NCBI GenBank assembly: GCA_029856045.1
Contig: JAHQWG010000032.1
Coordinates: forward strand, 1 to 29,042
Reading direction: 5' to 3'
Length of the DNA: 29,042 bases
Origin: Promethearchaeia archaeon
GTDB lineage: Archaea; Asgardarchaeota; Lokiarchaeia; Sigyniarchaeales; SOKP01
The position numbers and the translations under genes are program-made. The notes under the pieces were generated by a model. The model saw only the letters and a list, made by a program, of their open reading frames with translations. It did not search any database and was not told where the DNA came from. Position 1 is the first letter of the stretch; the number at the start of each line of letters is the position of its first letter. This document shows positions 25,035-29,042 of the stretch, piece by piece.

Positions 25035-26324
25035 TCAATTGATTTGTTTTTTAATAATGTTATTTTTAAATTCAGCGTAATAGATTGAGTTTGCGGGAAC
25101 ATCTTCATCTACTAAAGTATTTGCCCCAATTAAAGAGTTTTCTCCAACTTTAACACCACACATTACACTTGAATTTATTCCAATCTTGACATTATCGCTT
25201 ATAATTGTTCCTAATTTCCTTTTTTTCGTATCAATTATTTTTCCCTCAATATTCATTCTAACAGATGTTTCAGTTAATTTTAAATTAGCAATTTTCGTTC
25301 CAGCACCAAAATTTACCCCACTTCCAATAATAGAATCTCCTGAGTAATTATAATGTGGTAAATTTGTATTAAACATGATTATTGAATTTTTTATTTCACT
25401 TGAGTTTCCGATATGACAATTATTGCCAATTGTAGAATAGGGTCTTAAGTGTGAGTTTGGACCAATGATGCATCGTTCACCAATAAATACAGGTCCTTCA
25501 ATGTAAGTTCCAGACATTATTCTTGAGTTTCTCCCAATACTTACCTTACCCTTAATATTCACATTATCCTCTATAACTCCTTCAATTCTACGCTCAAGTT
25601 TTCCTAGTATGAACTTATTGGCGTCCAATAATTGCCAAGGAAGCCCAATATCGCTCCAAAAAAAACTACTTAAATTATATCCGTGGATTTTAGCACCGTT
25701 CTTAATCATTATTTTAATGGAATCTGTTATTTCATATTCCCCTCGAATAGATTTCTCAGTTTGATCGATTGCTTCAAATAATTTTGAATTAAATATATAG
25801 ATCCCAGCATTAGCCATATTTCCAACATCAGATCCATTAGGTGGTTTCTCGATAATATCTGTTGCATAACCTTGTTCATCTAGAGTAATAATACCAAAGT
25901 TTTCAGGATTTTCAACACCAAAAAGTGTGATTACTCCGTCGCAATTACCTTCATTAAATAATTTAACTACATCTATAAAAACTTGCTCATCGGTTAGAAC
26001 ATCACCATTCATCAATAAGAATGGTTCATTTTCCACAAAATTCTGACAATATTTGGCAGCATGGGCTGTACCAAAACGCTCTTCTTGAATAACATACTTG
26101 ATTTTTACTCCAAATTTATCTTGCCCATCTCCAAAATATTCCTTAATCATTTCATTTTTATAACCAACAATTAAAAGAATTTCTTTAATACCAGTATTTT
26201 TAATGTTATTTATAGAATGCTCAAGTAACGGAACACCTCCAATAGGTATCAATGGTTTAGGTCTTGTATTTGTAAGTGGCCTTAATCGCTTACCGATTCC
26301 AGCTGCCATTATAACTGCTTTCAT
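25035..26324 (-). CDS. glmU: Archaeal bifunctional sugar-1-phosphate nucleotidylyltransferase/acetyltransferase (GlmU-like)
   Basis: MAAG.G.RLRPLT..RPKPL, Q...GTA.A, IEKP, RGEYEITD, W.DIG.PW.LLDAN, hexapeptide repeats, PH.NY.GDS.IG, GAGT.IANL. Confidence 0.93.
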   Translation of the reverse strand: MKAVIMAAGIGKRLRPLTNTRPKPLIPIGGVPLLEHSINNIKNTGIKEILLIVGYKNEMIKEYFGDGQDKFGVKIKYVIQEERFGTAHAAKYCQNFVENEPFLLMNGDVLTDEQVFIDVVKLFNEGNCDGVITLFGVENPENFGIITLDEQGYATDIIEKPPNGSDVGNMANAGIYIFNSKLFEAIDQTEKSIRGEYEITDSIKIMIKNGAKIHGYNLSSFFWSDIGLPWQLLDANKFILGKLERRIEGVIEDNVNIKGKVSIGRNSRIMSGTYIEGPVFIGERCIIGPNSHLRPYSTIGNNCHIGNSSEIKNSIIMFNTNLPHYNYSGDSIIGSGVNFGAGTKIANLKLTETSVRMNIEGKIIDTKKRKLGTIISDNVKIGINSSVMCGVKVGENSLIGANTLVDEDVPANSIYYAEFKNNIIKKQIN

Positions 26325-26440
26325 TAATAATTCACAAATTAAATTATATAAGAAAAAATAAATTGAATACTATTAAAAATAATCCTTACTAAAAAAACAG
26401 TTATAGTTAGTAAAACTAGTTAATACTAAAAAAAATAACA

Positions 26441-27334
26441 TTATTTATTTACATATAACACAATTTGCTCTATATCATTATTAAGAGATTTATAAGGCTT
26501 TAAATCTCCATCGAAATTGTTTTGTAATACTTCATATTTAGAAAGAGCGTTTAGAAGTTCATCAAATATTTTCTGAATTTGAAAATAATTTCCCATTCCT
26601 ACCATTTCCACTGTATAACCATTTATTTCCCCAAAAAGAGAGTATTTAAAAGAGTTTTCTTCAATATCCTTAATATGAATAGATTTTAGATAATAATTTG
26701 CCTTAATCAGAGCATTAACTGCAACAGTAGATAGTTTTGAGGAAAAATTAGAAATAAAAATCTCTCTCTTCTCATCATTAACCTTGAAATCTAAATTTTT
26801 AAATAAAGAATTATTAAATAGTTTATAAATAATGGGAAGTCCATCGGCTGATATTCCACAATAGATTATTTTATTTTCTTTAAAATCATTATACATCCCA
26901 TCTACTTCAAACCATTCATTATCAAAGAGTTCTTCATATTTTTTTAAAATGAAATCGACAATATTTTCAATAATCGTCTTAAATAATACCTTTTTATGAG
27001 CTTGTTTCAAGATTTCTATTGATTTGTAATATATCTCAACTTTATTCTGAAAGTCTCTTAATAATTCATAGCACTTTACTGAAAATTCACTAAATTTTCC
27101 AATCATGCAAAAGAATAATTGGTCTCCATTTAACACGACATGTTTTATAATAATAGTTTCTTTTTTAGAATGAACTGATTCCAATGCGATTTTATGTAAT
27201 CGCCAAGTATTCTTAGGGTTTATATTTGTAAGCAAATCTTTTAAATACAAAATAATCTCAAATGTATTATATCTATTCTCATCTGAGCAGTAAATAATAT
27301 TATTGTTTAAAATTATACAAAATTCAGTAATCAT
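26441..27334 (-). CDS. Hypothetical protein with predicted longin-like N-terminal and roadblock/profilin-like C-terminal domains
   Basis: 297-aa ORF with ATG start. Beta/alpha patterns: EFCIILNNNIIY...LFFCMIG...YELLRDFQNKV and IIYCGISADGLPII...FSSKLSTV...LKSIHIK...YTVEMV. The fold assignment is inference. Confidence 0.75.
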   Translation of the reverse strand: MITEFCIILNNNIIYCSDENRYNTFEIILYLKDLLTNINPKNTWRLHKIALESVHSKKETIIIKHVVLNGDQLFFCMIGKFSEFSVKCYELLRDFQNKVEIYYKSIEILKQAHKKVLFKTIIENIVDFILKKYEELFDNEWFEVDGMYNDFKENKIIYCGISADGLPIIYKLFNNSLFKNLDFKVNDEKREIFISNFSSKLSTVAVNALIKANYYLKSIHIKDIEENSFKYSLFGEINGYTVEMVGMGNYFQIQKIFDELLNALSKYEVLQNNFDGDLKPYKSLNNDIEQIVLYVNK

Positions 27335-27615
27335 TAATAATTTCCCAAATAATTGTTTTTAAGATTTTAACCTTATATCCTCACAAATAAATATACTTCA
27401 CATTTTATGGTAATTTAATTTTGATAAAAATTAATTAATATGTTCTATTGCAAAAAACTAATCAATTCTGCCTTTAATTTAAATACATCAAGATCAGAAA
27501 TAATTGAAATTACAGAAATTAATAAGTAAAACTTCTTACAAAAAATTATAAAATTCATTTTTAATTCATTATAATTTATCCTTAAATATCCCTTGTAAAA
27601 TTTTGGTATTATACT

Positions 27616-29042
27616 ATGACTGAGAAATTTAAATGGTGGATGAAAACTGTTGTATATCAGATTTATCCCCGATCATTTAAAGATACAACCGGTAATGGAA
27701 TTGGAGATCTGCAAGGAGTTATTGAAAAATTAGATTATTTACAAGAATTGGGTATAGAAACTATTTGGTTTAGCCCTTTTTTTAAATCACCTCAAGCAGA
27801 TCATGGATATGATATAACAGACTTTTGTGACATTGCTCCGGAATATGGATCAATGTCTGATTTTGATAAACTATTAAAAGAAATGCACGATAGAGACATG
27901 AAAATAGTATTGGATTTCGTTTTAAATCATACATCTGTTGAGCATCCTTGGTTTAAAGAATCTGCATCAAGTAGGGATGACCCAAAACGTGATTGGTATA
28001 TCTGGCGTGATGGTAAAAAATCATATGGTAAAAAACCTCCTAATAATTGGAAAACAATGACTGGAGGATCTGCTTGGTTATACTATGATAATACAGATCA
28101 ATGGGTTTATTTCCACTTTTTACCTAGCATGATCGATTTAAATTACCGAAATCTTGAAGTAAAAAAGACCATGTTTAATGTAATGCGATTTTGGCTAAAT
28201 AAAGGCGTAGATGGCTTCCGATTAGATATTTTACACGCGATCTATGAAGATGAGCAATTAAGAAATGATTCTTTTACCTGGAAAATATTACCTTCAGATA
28301 AAAGCACTGCCACTCTGTTTAAAGCACATAAATATGATTTAAATCTACCAGAAACTTTCGATTTTGCAATGGAATTAAGAAAAGTAATGGATGAATTTGA
28401 ACCAGAAAGATTCTTAGTGGGAGAAGTTTTTGGTACTACTGAAGAATTACGAAAATATTATGGTCCCAATAATAACGGATTACATATGGCGTTTTTATTC
28501 GAATTTACATCTGCACCGTTCAAACCTCAAAAATATTCCCAAATAATTAGAAGTATCGAGAATGCTTTACCATTCCCCTATACTCCCACTTATGTTTATG
28601 GTAATCACGACCGAATGAGATTTATAACCCGATTAAATCATGATTTTAAAAAAGCAAAACTCGCTGCAACTATGCAATTAACTTTGCGTGGTGTCCCATT
28701 CATTTATTACGGCGAAGAAATTGGTATGCCAAATACTAAATTCAAGCTTAAAACGAGTCAAGACCCAATTGGTCGGAAATTATCATGGATACCAATTTCT
28801 CAAATTAAAGGCTTGGGATTTTCTTTAACACGTGATGGATGTCGAACTCCCATGCAATGGAACGACGGACCTAATGCCGGTTTCTCTTCGGATCCAAATA
28901 TAAAAACGTGGTTGCGAGTATCTAATTCGTATAAAAAAATTAATGTTGCTAGAGAAATAAAAAATCCCGGGTCATTGTTAAATTGTTATAAGAGATTATT
29001 GAAAATTAGAAGAGAAAATATCATATTACAAGAAGGAAAATT
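27616..29042 (+). CDS. GH13 alpha-glucosidase / oligo-1,6-glucosidase family; 3' end beyond the window
   Basis: ATG 27616, WW..VVYQIYPRSF.D..G.GIGDL.G, DHGYD, DFVLNHTS, GVDGFRLD, LVGEV, GNHD, IYYGEEIGM, RDGCRTPMQW. Missing from the ORF track because no stop is reached. Confidence 0.96.
   Translation, partial: MTEKFKWWMKTVVYQIYPRSFKDTTGNGIGDLQGVIEKLDYLQELGIETIWFSPFFKSPQADHGYDITDFCDIAPEYGSMSDFDKLLKEMHDRDMKIVLDFVLNHTSVEHPWFKESASSRDDPKRDWYIWRDGKKSYGKKPPNNWKTMTGGSAWLYYDNTDQWVYFHFLPSMIDLNYRNLEVKKTMFNVMRFWLNKGVDGFRLDILHAIYEDEQLRNDSFTWKILPSDKSTATLFKAHKYDLNLPETFDFAMELRKVMDEFEPERFLVGEVFGTTEELRKYYGPNNNGLHMAFLFEFTSAPFKPQKYSQIIRSIENALPFPYTPTYVYGNHDRMRFITRLNHDFKKAKLAATMQLTLRGVPFIYYGEEIGMPNTKFKLKTSQDPIGRKLSWIPISQIKGLGFSLTRDGCRTPMQWNDGPNAGFSSDPNIKTWLRVSNSYKKINVAREIKNPGSLLNCYKRLLKIRRENIILQEGK

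Noticed and set aside
4286-25108. Other short overlapping ORFs in the track (e.g. 4286, 5627, 7340, 9799, 10021, 10210, 12766, 13426, 13967, 15862, 17728, 19027, 21741, 22245, 23704, 24866)
   Set aside because: All lie within or across confident genes and show no independent family signal.
1-29042. tRNA, rRNA or IS/transposase genes
   Set aside because: No GC-rich structured stretch or transposase motif was seen by eye.

Overview
Very AT-rich archaeal chromosomal segment. Archaeal-type uS15 and eS1, RdgB, an archaeal GlmU-type enzyme, a longin/roadblock-like protein and zinc-ribbon membrane proteins together suggest an Asgard (Lokiarchaeia-like) genome; this is inference. Left to right: 5' end of a MeaB/ArgK-like GTPase, a macro-domain protein, and a small CxxC/coiled-coil protein. 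Next is a 2.2-kb islet bounded by a 78-bp direct repeat, holding an unannotated HNH endonuclease frame broken by three in-frame stops plus a DNRLRE-type surface protein. The centre is a ~15.8-kb five-gene operon: a MacB/LolD-type ABC ATPase with a winged-helix/PCI-like tail, a double-length FtsX/MacB-type permease, a 1282-aa membrane-anchored DUF11/TRAP-beta-like protein, a 1573-aa membrane-anchored S8 protease with a cytoplasmic 4xCxxC tail, and a second paralogous permease. The right part holds a tandem C_GCAxxG_C_C protein, rdgB, an FAD oxidoreductase, a DUF2283/DUF4258 TA-like pair, rps15 (probable ATC start), rps3ae, a glmU-like gene, a longin+roadblock-like gene and a GH13 alpha-glucosidase cut by the window edge. 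The ABC-permease-protease operon is the best candidate for an undescribed system. All family assignments are from motif recognition by eye; no database search was run.
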